A stretch of 14,061 bases of DNA from an uncultured Opitutia bacterium (GTDB taxonomy: Bacteria; Verrucomicrobiota; Verrucomicrobiia; Opitutales; Opitutaceae), in the NCBI GenBank assembly GCA_903877135.1, contig CAIRCN010000061.1:1-14061 (forward strand), read 5' to 3'. The translations under genes were made by a program, and so were the position numbers. Positions within the stretch are counted from its first letter, which is position 1. Every line of letters begins with the position of its first letter. A model generated the notes under the pieces. It saw only the letters and a list, made by a program, of their open reading frames with translations, had not been told where the DNA came from and ran no database searches. Below, in pieces: positions 7,126 to 14,061 of this stretch.

Positions 7126-7344
7126 TCAGGAGTTCGCCGCCAAGGCAATCCCCAGCACGCGTTGCCGGATGCGGTGACGCAGCAAAGGGAGTCCCCGGGT
7201 CACGGGCACTTCGCCGCGGCAGCGCTTGGCCGCAGCCGTCACCGTGGCGGCGTCCATCTCCGGCAACTCGCCCAACACTACGTCAATCGCAAGGGCAACC
7301 GTCTCGTCACGCCACCCGGCTGTAGTAACATTGGGGAAATTCAT
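7126..7344 (-). CDS. hypothetical small protein (72 aa)
   Basis: It starts at ATG and sits upstream of and co-directional with the SPFH gene. My hand count gives GC3 ~76% and GC2 ~50%. I recognise no motif. Confidence 0.3.
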   Translation of the reverse strand: MNFPNVTTAGWRDETVALAIDVVLGELPEMDAATVTAAAKRCRGEVPVTRGLPLLRHRIRQRVLGIALAANS

Positions 7345-7547
7345 TTGTAGGGGAAAGCGGCCGTCACACTCAGGTGTAGAGAGAGACGCCTCATTGGGTC
7401 GAAACGTTCAATCGCCCTGGTTATGTCGGGAGAGCGGCAGATGGTCTGATCCTGTCCTGCCGGCCGTTCTGCTAAGTCAAAACCTGCATTTGCCAACCGG
7501 TTATGGCCTGCCGTAGTTAGCGAGGTCGCATCCATGGGCAGAATTGT

Positions 7548-7624
7548 GGACCTGTAGCTCAGTTGGATAGAGCACTTGGCTTCGAACCAAGGGGCCGGGG
7601 GTTCGAGTCCCTCCAGGTCCACCA
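7548..7624 (+). tRNA. tRNA-Arg (anticodon TCG), with encoded CCA
   Basis: Manual cloverleaf: acceptor GGACCTG/CAGGTCC, D-arm GCTC-AGTTGGATA-GAGC, anticodon stem CTTGG/CCAAG with loop CTTCGAA (U33, anticodon TCG, A37), variable GGGCC, T-arm GGGGG-TTCGAGT-CCCTC, discriminator A, then CCA at 7622-7624. Spurious antisense ORFs (7341-7736, 7501-7704) read through it. Confidence 0.9.
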
Positions 7625-7736
7625 TGCCTACGACATTGGACGGCACTGAGGTAGTTTCGTGGGGATCGACTGCAGTGCGGCTTAATGAAATTGTAGGCCC
7701 ACAACGGGTGAAAATGTCCTCAGCTGGTTTGCGCAC

Positions 7737-7958
7737 TCAGGCGGCCAGCGGGCGTTTTTCGGTCGGCGGCGGCGGGGCCTCGTCTGGCGCGAAAAACGGA
7801 ATGACCTCGGCGACATGCCACGGTGACGGAGGGGCCAGCTCTGATAATTCCCGTTCTTGTTGCACACGCCGGGCGATTTGGCGCGCGAGATCGGAGAGAG
7901 CGTAACCGGTGCGTCTTTTGGAGTTCATGCCGACGACTATACTCCCGGGGTGGGACAT
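7737..7958 (-). CDS. hypothetical small protein (weak call)
   Basis: The 73-aa ORF is MSHPGSIVVGMNSKRRTGYALSDLARQIARRVQQERELSEL.... GC3 is only ~68%. A KRRxxY...A.R..V stretch faintly recalls IS3 OrfA or antitoxin N-termini, but nothing is conclusive. Confidence 0.2.
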   Translation of the reverse strand: MSHPGSIVVGMNSKRRTGYALSDLARQIARRVQQERELSELAPPSPWHVAEVIPFFAPDEAPPPPTEKRPLAA

Positions 7959-8087
7959 TAGAGGTCCCAGCCTCCGCGAAATCGAAGGAAAACGTGGAAG
8001 CAGGCTAAAGCACGCTGCCCGAGATTGCCAAGGCCGCCCCGATTCTGCATATCAACGCACCGAACCCATGAAACGTTTGGTAAAATC

Positions 8088-9119
8088 ATGAACGGATACG
8101 AGCGAGTTCAAGCGACACTGGCCGGGCGGTGGCCGGACCGGGTGCCGGTAATGCTACACAACTTCATGCCAGCCGCCCGCGAGGCCGGCTTTTCCATGGC
8201 GCAGTATCGCAGTGATCCGAAAAAAATCGCGGCGTCTTTCATCCGCGCCGTGGAAACCTACGGGCTCGATGGCGTCATGGTCGATGTGGACACCGCGACG
8301 CTCGCGGAGGCCCTGGGGGTTCCGGTGGAACACCCGGAGGATGCGCCGGCGCGCTGCGAAGGCGGCTGCATCGACGACCTCGCCCAGGTTAAATTCCTGC
8401 CGCCGCCGGAGATCGGGCGCAGCGTCCGCGTGCAGGTCTGGCTGGAGGCTGTCCGGCTGCTCAAGGCGCATTTTGGCGACGAGATGTACCTGCGCGGCAA
8501 CTGCGACCAGTGCCCCTTCTCCCTCGCGAGCATGATGCGCACGCCCACGGTGTGGATGATGGACCTGCTGGATGAGGACAACCGGGAGAACGTCTTTGGT
8601 CTGCTCGCCCATTGCACGCAGGCGACGAAACAATTTGTGGGCCTCATGTCCGCGACCGGCGCGCACATGGTCTCCAACGGCGACAGCCCGGCGGGAATGG
8701 ACCTGATTTCGCCGGAGATGTATCGGATTTTTGCGCGGCCTTCCGAGAAGCAGATCGTGGAGCACGCCCATGCGCTTGGCCAAGCTTACGTGCTGCACAT
8801 CTGTGGGCAGGTCGGCGGCATCCTCGATGACATGCTGACCATGGGCGTGGACGGCCTGGACCTGGACTACAAGACCGACCCGCGGGTGGCGCACGGGCTG
8901 ATGAGGGACCGGGCGGTCTTCATCGGCAACCTGGACCCGAGCGGGGTCGTGGCCCTGGGGTCGCCCGCGCTGGTCGAGCGCAAGACCCGCGAGCTGCTGG
9001 AAATCTTCGCCGACACGCCGCGCTTCATCCTCAACTCCGGTTGCGCGCTGCCCTCAACAACTCCCCCGGAAAACCTCCGGGCCATGATCCGCGTGGCGCG
9101 CACCTTTCGAGGGGACTAA
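8088..9119 (+). CDS. uroporphyrinogen decarboxylase (URO-D) family protein, MtaA/CmuA-like rather than HemE
   Basis: The N-terminus is MNGYERVQATLAGRWPDRVPVM, which is the URO-D family signature (ERV.A.L.G...DRVP). The C-terminus is FILNSGCALPSTTPPENLRAMIRVA. It lacks the HemE MRQAGRY motif. The ORF is open from 8025, but the ATG at 8088 gives the canonical N-terminus. Confidence 0.8.
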   Translation: MNGYERVQATLAGRWPDRVPVMLHNFMPAAREAGFSMAQYRSDPKKIAASFIRAVETYGLDGVMVDVDTATLAEALGVPVEHPEDAPARCEGGCIDDLAQVKFLPPPEIGRSVRVQVWLEAVRLLKAHFGDEMYLRGNCDQCPFSLASMMRTPTVWMMDLLDEDNRENVFGLLAHCTQATKQFVGLMSATGAHMVSNGDSPAGMDLISPEMYRIFARPSEKQIVEHAHALGQAYVLHICGQVGGILDDMLTMGVDGLDLDYKTDPRVAHGLMRDRAVFIGNLDPSGVVALGSPALVERKTRELLEIFADTPRFILNSGCALPSTTPPENLRAMIRVARTFRGD

Positions 9120-9258
9120 GATTCTATTTCACCGTTCCGGAAAACCCACCGGGCCGCCGCTCCCCGGTCTCCAGCGCGCCCTTCCGACCTGCCGCCGCCC
9201 AGCTCCGCCGGACTGCATCCCGCGCCCCGGTTCGTCCACATCCAGGTATGATGCCAGA

Positions 9259-9455
9259 ATCCTGGCGGAATACCGGGACGTCCTGCACCGACCGCGGCTC
9301 AAGTTTTGACGCCCGATGCGATCCGGGCGTTTTTACATGGGCTGCGCGGGCAGCTGATGGTGACCCCTGCCGCCCTATCCGCCAAAGGGCCAGATCCTGA
9401 CGACATCATGTTCGTGGAAGCAGCGCTGGCCGTTCCGGACCGGACGGTGGGGTAA
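9259..9455 (+). pseudogene. PIN-domain toxin remnant (TIGR00305-like toxin-antitoxin toxin), frameshifted and N-terminally truncated
   Basis: Frame 1 gives ...RILAEYRDVLHRPRLKF then TGA (9307-9309). Frame 0 gives ...GPDPDDIMFVEAALAVPDRTVG then TAA (9453-9455). Together these are the two conserved motifs of this PIN family (..iLaEYreVLaRPkF.. and ..PDPDDlpfLEvAiAggAd.LVTGN), split by a frameshift. No VLDTNVL N-terminal motif is found upstream. Confidence 0.4.
9309..9334 (+). terminator. hairpin + T-run (terminator-like) inside the PIN remnant
   Basis: acgcccg (9309-9315) pairs with cgggcgt (9324-9330) as a 7-bp stem with an 8-nt loop, followed by tttt (9331-9334). It lies ~190 nt downstream of the URO-D stop and exactly at the frameshift point of the PIN remnant. 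Confidence 0.35.
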
Positions 9456-9872
9456 CCGGGAACCTGGCTCATTATCCTCCCGAAATTCTACAGGGCGTCC
9501 GCGTGCTGACGCCGGCGCAGGGTTCGGTTGAGCTGACGACCGACTAGCTGGGACCGTTCGCGCGGCCTAGCGACTGACACATCAGTCGATAGAAGAGCAG
9601 ACCACGATTCTTGGATGCCCGGCGGTTGAACCATGCCTACAGCAATGCGACAACTCAATGCTCTGTGTGAACGATCTGTTTATAGCGCAGCGCCACGCAG
9701 CCAGGTGGAGCGGCGTCATTCGCCGTATGCGGTCCCTGCCTTGTCCGCCAAGCCATTGCGCAGCATTAGTTATCTCAGGGTGCAGCGGCACTTCTAAGCT
9801 GCTCAGCGAGAAACGCACAATTGATCCGTTCATGCCATTTGGTTACATCACGAAGTCTCGCAACGCCTAATT

Positions 9873-9906
9873 GCGGCCACTCCGCGACCGCCGACTGAGT
9901 GGCCGC
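9873..9906 (+). promoter_or_regulatory. perfect 10-bp GC-rich stem-loop in the 5' leader of the NHL-repeat gene
   Basis: GCGGCCACTC (9873-9882) and GAGTGGCCGC (9897-9906) form a perfect inverted repeat around a 14-nt loop. It is followed by ccAGGAAcatccgtcATG, giving an SD-like AGGAA 8 nt before ATG 9922. Confidence 0.4.
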
Positions 9907-9921
9907 CCAGGAACATCCGTC

Positions 9922-12900
9922 ATGAAAAATGGCCCCCGTCAAAACATCAGCCGCCTTGCCAGCTGGGCCCTCTTGTGGCTCGGCCTCGGTCTGCCCCTCT
10001 GGGCGCTGACAACCTACACGCCCTATCGCTTCACCACCCTGGCGGGCAATGCCGGTGGTGGCAGCCAGGACGGCCCGGGACCCGCCGCGCGGTTCAGCTC
10101 AGCCTATGGCTTGACCGTGGACAGGAAGGGCAACCTCTACGTTGCTGACACAAACAATCACACCATCCGCAAGATCACTCCAAGCGGAGTCGTAACAACC
10201 CTGGCCGGTCTGGCCAATGTTATCGGTTCCACGGACGGCACGGGTGCGGATGCGAGGTTCAAGAACCCAAGTGGTGTCGCGGTTGATTGGAAGGGTAACA
10301 TCTATGTGGCAGATTCGGGTAACGGCAGGATTCGCAAGATCTCTCCCGACGGCGTGGTCACGACAATCGCGGGTGCAGTTGGCTATGCCCCCTACGGCGT
10401 GGCGGTGGACCAGAGCGGCAATATTTTTTTTGCAGACATGCCCCGCCACACGATTCGGCGCATCACTCCAGACGGAGCCGTGACCACGATTGCGGGCACG
10501 GCGGATGTTTCCGGCAATGTGGACGGCACGGGGGCCGCCGTGCGATTTTACTGGCCCAAAGGCATCGCGCTGGATCTGAACGGGAACATCTTCGTCGCGG
10601 ATAACGGCAATAATTGCATCCGCAAAATCACCCCCGACGGCGTGGTGACGACGCTCGCCGGGTCGCGTTCCTCAGCGCTTGGCAGCGCAGATGGGACGGG
10701 CACCGCCGCGCTTTTTCGCAATCCACTGGGCGTGGCCGTGGACGAGAGCGGGACAGTGTTCGTCACGGATGGAGACAACTCCACGATCAGGAAAATCACC
10801 CCTGCCGGTGTAGTGACAACCTTCGCGGGCACCGCGGGGCATTTGGGCACGGTGGGCTATGTGGGCACAGCCGATGGTATCGGCACCGCCGCTGAGTTTT
10901 CTCGGCCGCACGGGATCACGGTCGATGCCAGCGGCAATCTGTTCGTCACCGATGCAAACAAGGGCACCGTTCGGAAAATCACTACCACAGCCGTGGTGAC
11001 GACCTTGGCCGGACTACCCGCCATCGGCACTTATGCTGATGGGATTGGAACGGACGCACAGTTTAGTCATCCCACCCGCCCCGCCATTGACAACAACGGC
11101 AATGTCTATGTCGCAGACATGGATAATCACATCATTCGGAAAATCACCGCGAATGGGGTCGTGACCACGTTGGCCGGCACCCAGGGCAGCACCGGCTTCA
11201 CCGACGGGACGGGAACATCCGCGCGGTTCACCTACCCCAGCGGCGTGGCGGTGGATACGAATGGGAACGTGTTTGTCGCGGACAGTAACAACCACCTGAT
11301 CCGGAAGATCACCGCCAGCGGCGTCGTGACGACCCTGGCTGGCGCCACTGGTATCGGAAGCTCGGCGGGCTATGCCGATGGGACGGGCGCCGCCGCACGT
11401 TTCAATTATCCCTCAAGCGTAGGGGTGGACGCGAACGGCAATGTGTATGTCGCCGACACAAGAAACCAGGTGGTCCGCAAGATCACGGCGGACGGCATGG
11501 TGACGACGGTCGCGGGGACTGCTGGCAATTCCGGCAATGTGGACGGGGTTGGCGCCGCTGCGCGATTCGCCGATCCCGTGGATATCGCTGTCGATAAAAG
11601 CGGCACTCTGTTTGTCTCCGACTACTACAACGCCACGATCCGAAAAATCACGCCGGACGGTGCGGTGACGACCCTCGCGGGCTACAAAGGGCTGGTGCCC
11701 CCCCGCAACGTTTTTATCAGGTTTCCCGCTGAAGTGGCCGTCGATGGACGCGGCAATGTTTTCATCGCCGACAACAATGGCACGATCCAGCGCATCGCGG
11801 CGGACGGTGGGGTGACGACGCTGGCGGGCCTGACTGGCATCTATGGCTGTGGCGATGGGACGGGAGCGGCCGCGCGGTTCGGCATTAAAACCTCGATTAC
11901 CTCGGACGCGGACGGCAACCTCGTCGTCGCGGACGCCAATAATCGCACTGTTTCGCTCGGCTACCTGAACCGCGCTCCAGCCGCCTACAGCGACACCGCC
12001 GCCACGCCGGTCAACCAGACCGTGACGCTCGACCTTCCGGCCACCGATGCTGACGGCGATCCGATCACCTATACCATCACCGGGGCCACGGCCGGCTCAG
12101 CCAAGGTGTCGGGCACCCAGGTAACCTACCTCCCGCCGCCGGGCTTCCTTGGCGTATCCACGTTGAGCTTCACCGCCACCGACGGCTATGCCACCTCCGC
12201 CAGTGGCAATGTCACCATCGTGGTCAAACCCGCTGTCACGTTCCTCGTGAACATGTCCTGCCGCGGCCAGGTGGGCACGGGCGACAATGCCCTCATCGCC
12301 GGTTTTGTCCTGTCGGGCACGGCACCGAAGAATGTCCTCATCCGGGCGGCTGGTCCGGCGCTAATCGGCCAGAACGTATCCGGCACAATCAGCCAGCCTG
12401 TGATCACGCTTTTCCACGGTGCCAATCGGCTGATCTCCAATCAGGGCTGGGGTACCGCCGGCAATGTCAGCGACGTGGCGACGACCGCCACCACCGTCGG
12501 CGCCTTCAGTTTCGACGCGGGCAGCAACGACTCGGCCATCTTGACCACGCTTAATCCCGGCATCTACAGCGCCGTCGTGTCGAGTGCGGACGGCAACCCG
12601 GGCATTTCGCTGGTCGAGGTTTACGATGCCGACACCACCAATCCCGCCTCCCACCCGGTCAATCTCTCCACCCGCGGCAAGGTCGGCGCAGGCGACAACG
12701 TCCTCATTGCGGGCGTGGCGATCACCGGCGCAAGTCCCAAAAAACTCCTCGTCCGCGCGGTCGGTCCGACCCTTGCGACCACCTTCGGACTCACCGGCAC
12801 GTTGGGCGACCCGCAGTTCCGCATTTATCAGGGTTCAGCCATAATCACCCAGAATGCTGGTTGGAACGACGATGCCCAAGTGCAGGCCGCCGCCGCTCAA

Positions 12901-13041
12901 ACCGGGGCGTTCGCCTTGCCGGCTGGCAGCAAAGACGCCGCCGCCCTCGTCACGCTCAATCCTGGCAACTACACCGTCGTTGTCAGCAGCCAGAGCGGCG
13001 CCACCGGCATCGCTATGGTTGAAGTCTATCAAATGCCCTGA
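9922..13041 (+). CDS. secreted NHL-repeat beta-propeller protein with Ig/cadherin-like segment and two tandem copies of an uncharacterised ~125-aa C-terminal domain
   Basis: Starting at ATG 9922 gives a signal peptide (MKNGPRQNISRLASWALLWLGLGLPLWALT) behind an SD-like AGGAA. The ORF is open from 9871. About 13 NHL-type repeats follow (GVAVD..GN.YVAD..N..IRKITP.G.VTTLAG..G..G..DG.G..ARF). Next comes TVTLDLPATDADGDPITYTITG (Ig/cadherin-like). Two related domains close the protein: VNMSCRGQVGTGDNALIAGFVLSG...GISLVEVY and NLSTRGKVGAGDNVLIAGVAITG...GIAMVEVYQMP. Confidence 0.85.
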   Translation: MKNGPRQNISRLASWALLWLGLGLPLWALTTYTPYRFTTLAGNAGGGSQDGPGPAARFSSAYGLTVDRKGNLYVADTNNHTIRKITPSGVVTTLAGLANVIGSTDGTGADARFKNPSGVAVDWKGNIYVADSGNGRIRKISPDGVVTTIAGAVGYAPYGVAVDQSGNIFFADMPRHTIRRITPDGAVTTIAGTADVSGNVDGTGAAVRFYWPKGIALDLNGNIFVADNGNNCIRKITPDGVVTTLAGSRSSALGSADGTGTAALFRNPLGVAVDESGTVFVTDGDNSTIRKITPAGVVTTFAGTAGHLGTVGYVGTADGIGTAAEFSRPHGITVDASGNLFVTDANKGTVRKITTTAVVTTLAGLPAIGTYADGIGTDAQFSHPTRPAIDNNGNVYVADMDNHIIRKITANGVVTTLAGTQGSTGFTDGTGTSARFTYPSGVAVDTNGNVFVADSNNHLIRKITASGVVTTLAGATGIGSSAGYADGTGAAARFNYPSSVGVDANGNVYVADTRNQVVRKITADGMVTTVAGTAGNSGNVDGVGAAARFADPVDIAVDKSGTLFVSDYYNATIRKITPDGAVTTLAGYKGLVPPRNVFIRFPAEVAVDGRGNVFIADNNGTIQRIAADGGVTTLAGLTGIYGCGDGTGAAARFGIKTSITSDADGNLVVADANNRTVSLGYLNRAPAAYSDTAATPVNQTVTLDLPATDADGDPITYTITGATAGSAKVSGTQVTYLPPPGFLGVSTLSFTATDGYATSASGNVTIVVKPAVTFLVNMSCRGQVGTGDNALIAGFVLSGTAPKNVLIRAAGPALIGQNVSGTISQPVITLFHGANRLISNQGWGTAGNVSDVATTATTVGAFSFDAGSNDSAILTTLNPGIYSAVVSSADGNPGISLVEVYDADTTNPASHPVNLSTRGKVGAGDNVLIAGVAITGASPKKLLVRAVGPTLATTFGLTGTLGDPQFRIYQGSAIITQNAGWNDDAQVQAAAAQTGAFALPAGSKDAAALVTLNPGNYTVVVSSQSGATGIAMVEVYQMP
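10021..11941 (+). repeat. tandem diverged ~165-nt coding repeats (NHL repeat units) within the 9922-13041 gene
   Basis: A periodic recurrence of ...gtgacgac(g/c)ctggc(c/g)gg... and ...cggaaaatcac... motifs about every 160-170 nt matches the ~55-aa protein repeat. Confidence 0.6.
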
Positions 13042-13116
13042 AGTGTGCCCACCCGGGTGACGAGCCAGCGGGTTTGGGCTAAGTTGATGTCCTGATCTGC
13101 GGGCAATCTTGCTTCA

Positions 13117-13767
13117 TCACTGCTTGGAATAATTGTCCATCAATTTGGCGACAGCGGCCACGGCCGCATCACGCAATCCATCCCTCAGCAGCTCCGGCTT
13201 CGCCTCAAACTCCTCCAAGGAATGCCGGGGAACCGAAAAGTTGAGGTGGGAACTCCTCTCCACATCCTTCCACAACACGCGGCCCGAAGCGTCCTTCAGG
13301 ATCACAGACACCATGACAAAGGGACGCAGGGCCGATTGGTAGGGACTTGGCACCATGATGCCCCAGGTGGGCACGATGATCTTGATTTCACCGTCAGCCG
13401 GCGCATGGGCCACTTTGAACAGATGACGGGCGCTCGCCTGTTTGATAAATTCCTCGCGGATCAATGTCTCTACCTCGATCCCGTTCTTGTCGATTATGCC
13501 CATTGTCCGGGCGGCAGGCTCGTTCGGCGTTGAACTCTGCACTGCCCCGGCGACTCCTCCGCCGACTGCGCCCCCCAGAGCCCCGCTGATGCCCATGGTG
13601 AGCGCCTGTCCCATGGTCACCACATGGATGGGGCCCTTGGGAATCTCCCGATTGATCGAGATCGTTTGAATCTTCTTCCGGTCAGTCGGAGTCATTTCTA
13701 CGGAAGAAGCACAGCCGCTTAGAAAGAGGCTGAAACAAAAGATCACGGGGAGGAGATTATGTTTCAT
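13117..13767 (-). CDS. lipoprotein with Gly-rich segment, unknown function
   Basis: The 216-aa product has a signal peptide with lipobox (MKHNLLPVIFCFSLFLSGC/ASS), then a Gly/Ala-rich stretch (GISGALGGAVGGGVAGAV). GC content is noticeably lower than the neighbouring genes. Confidence 0.7.
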   Translation of the reverse strand: MKHNLLPVIFCFSLFLSGCASSVEMTPTDRKKIQTISINREIPKGPIHVVTMGQALTMGISGALGGAVGGGVAGAVQSSTPNEPAARTMGIIDKNGIEVETLIREEFIKQASARHLFKVAHAPADGEIKIIVPTWGIMVPSPYQSALRPFVMVSVILKDASGRVLWKDVERSSHLNFSVPRHSLEEFEAKPELLRDGLRDAAVAAVAKLMDNYSKQ

Positions 13768-13801
13768 TCGCGGGTGAAGTTACGTCTGTTTCGCCCATTT
13801 A

Positions 13802-13831
13802 CCCAGAAACGAACCTGCCGAGGTTTCTGGG
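13802..13831 (+). promoter_or_regulatory. perfect 9-bp stem-loop between two co-directional minus-strand genes
   Basis: cccagaaac (13802-13810) pairs with gtttctggg (13823-13831) across a 12-nt loop. It lies in the 86-nt spacer between the stop of the partial gene (13854) and the lipoprotein start (13767). No T-run follows on the minus strand. Confidence 0.35.
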
Positions 13832-13853
13832 AAACGGTGGCATCGCTTGGAGG

Positions 13854-14061
13854 CTACGGCAGGAGGTAAATTTCGATCAAGGCCTCGCCGATGGTGCCGC
13901 CTACGCCGGAGACCTGCACGGTGTAGGACTTACCGGCCTGGAGGGTAACCACCATGGCGGCGTCCTTGCTCGCATCAATCAGGTGGAAGGCGCCGACCGT
14001 ATCGAAGGTGGGCGTAAGGGAGGATGACCAGTTGTCGTTGGTGGCGATCACCGTGCCGCCG
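13854..14061 (-). CDS. 3' end of a gene (continues beyond window) whose product ends in the same ~125-aa C-terminal domain as the NHL protein
   Basis: The ORF is open to the window edge with stop TAG (plus-strand cta 13854-13856). Its C-terminus is ...IATNDNWSSSLTPTFDTVGAFHLIDASKDAAMVVTLQAGKSYTVQVSGVGGTIGEALIEIYLLP. This aligns with ...NAGWNDDAQ...TGAFALPAGSKDAAALVTLNPGNYTVVVSS..GATGIAMVEVYQMP of the NHL protein. Confidence 0.7.
   Translation of the reverse strand, partial: GGTVIATNDNWSSSLTPTFDTVGAFHLIDASKDAAMVVTLQAGKSYTVQVSGVGGTIGEALIEIYLLP

Noticed and set aside
7341-7736. ORFs reading through the tRNA on the minus strand (7341-7736, 7501-7704)
   Set aside because: They contain the stereotyped antisense-tRNA peptide (..EGLEPP..) and are artefacts of the tRNA gene.
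7625-8087. Possible integrated element downstream of the tRNA-Arg 3' end
   Set aside because: No integrase, no direct repeat of the tRNA 3' end, and the following genes (URO-D family, NHL protein) look chromosomal. The tRNA is probably not an occupied att site.
8154-8894. 246-aa minus-strand ORF inside the URO-D-family gene
   Set aside because: Antisense shadow. The plus strand has the family N- and C-terminal signatures.
9041-9400. 119-aa plus-strand ORF spanning the URO-D stop and the PIN remnant
   Set aside because: Pro/Arg-rich translation in a third frame. The recognisable PIN motifs are in the other two frames.
9582-9870. ORFs 9582-9833 (-) and 9658-9870 (+) in the long leader of the NHL gene
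   Set aside because: No motifs or coding periodicity noticed. The region is more likely the promoter/leader of the NHL gene.
13049-13081. Imperfect hairpin (gccca-cccg...cggg-tt-tgggc) between the convergent NHL and lipoprotein genes as a bidirectional terminator
   Set aside because: The stem is bulged and neither strand has a following U-run. Not convincing as an intrinsic terminator.
1-14061. CRISPR arrays, rRNA, IS elements with terminal inverted repeats
   Set aside because: No short regularly spaced direct repeats, no rRNA-like conserved blocks and no transposase-like ORFs were seen on either strand.

Overview
This is a GC-rich (~65%) bacterial chromosomal window, read by hand with no tools. 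The soil/Verrucomicrobia-like flavour (giant NHL-repeat secreted proteins, weak Shine-Dalgarno usage) is inference only.

Confident calls:
- a 5'-truncated ABC-2 family permease
- proA
- an SPFH/band-7 protein (minus strand)
- a tRNA-Arg(TCG)
- a URO-D-family (MtaA/CmuA-like) enzyme
- a ~1040-aa secreted NHL beta-propeller protein ending in two copies of an uncharacterised ~125-aa domain, with the same domain closing a convergent neighbouring gene at the window edge
- a lipoprotein

The most interesting stretch is ~2950-5710, between proA and the SPFH gene. It has the hallmarks of an acquired and partly decayed islet:
- an abrupt AT-rich (~40% GC) junction that contains a 5' fragment of a tRNA-Pro-like gene
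- a COG1373-type AAA+ ATPase with a DUF4143 C-terminal domain that looks like a PD-(D/E)xK nuclease fold, with the catalytic Lys apparently replaced
- minus-strand ORFs in two frames carrying an excisionase-family HTH (possibly one frameshifted gene)
- a ~60% GC stretch (4890-5176) with no convincing ORF
- a plus-strand block with strong coding periodicity but no start codon (5177-5410) leading into a basic 98-aa ORF

A frameshifted PIN-family toxin remnant lies downstream of the URO-D gene. No integrase, transposase, CRISPR array or rRNA is visible.
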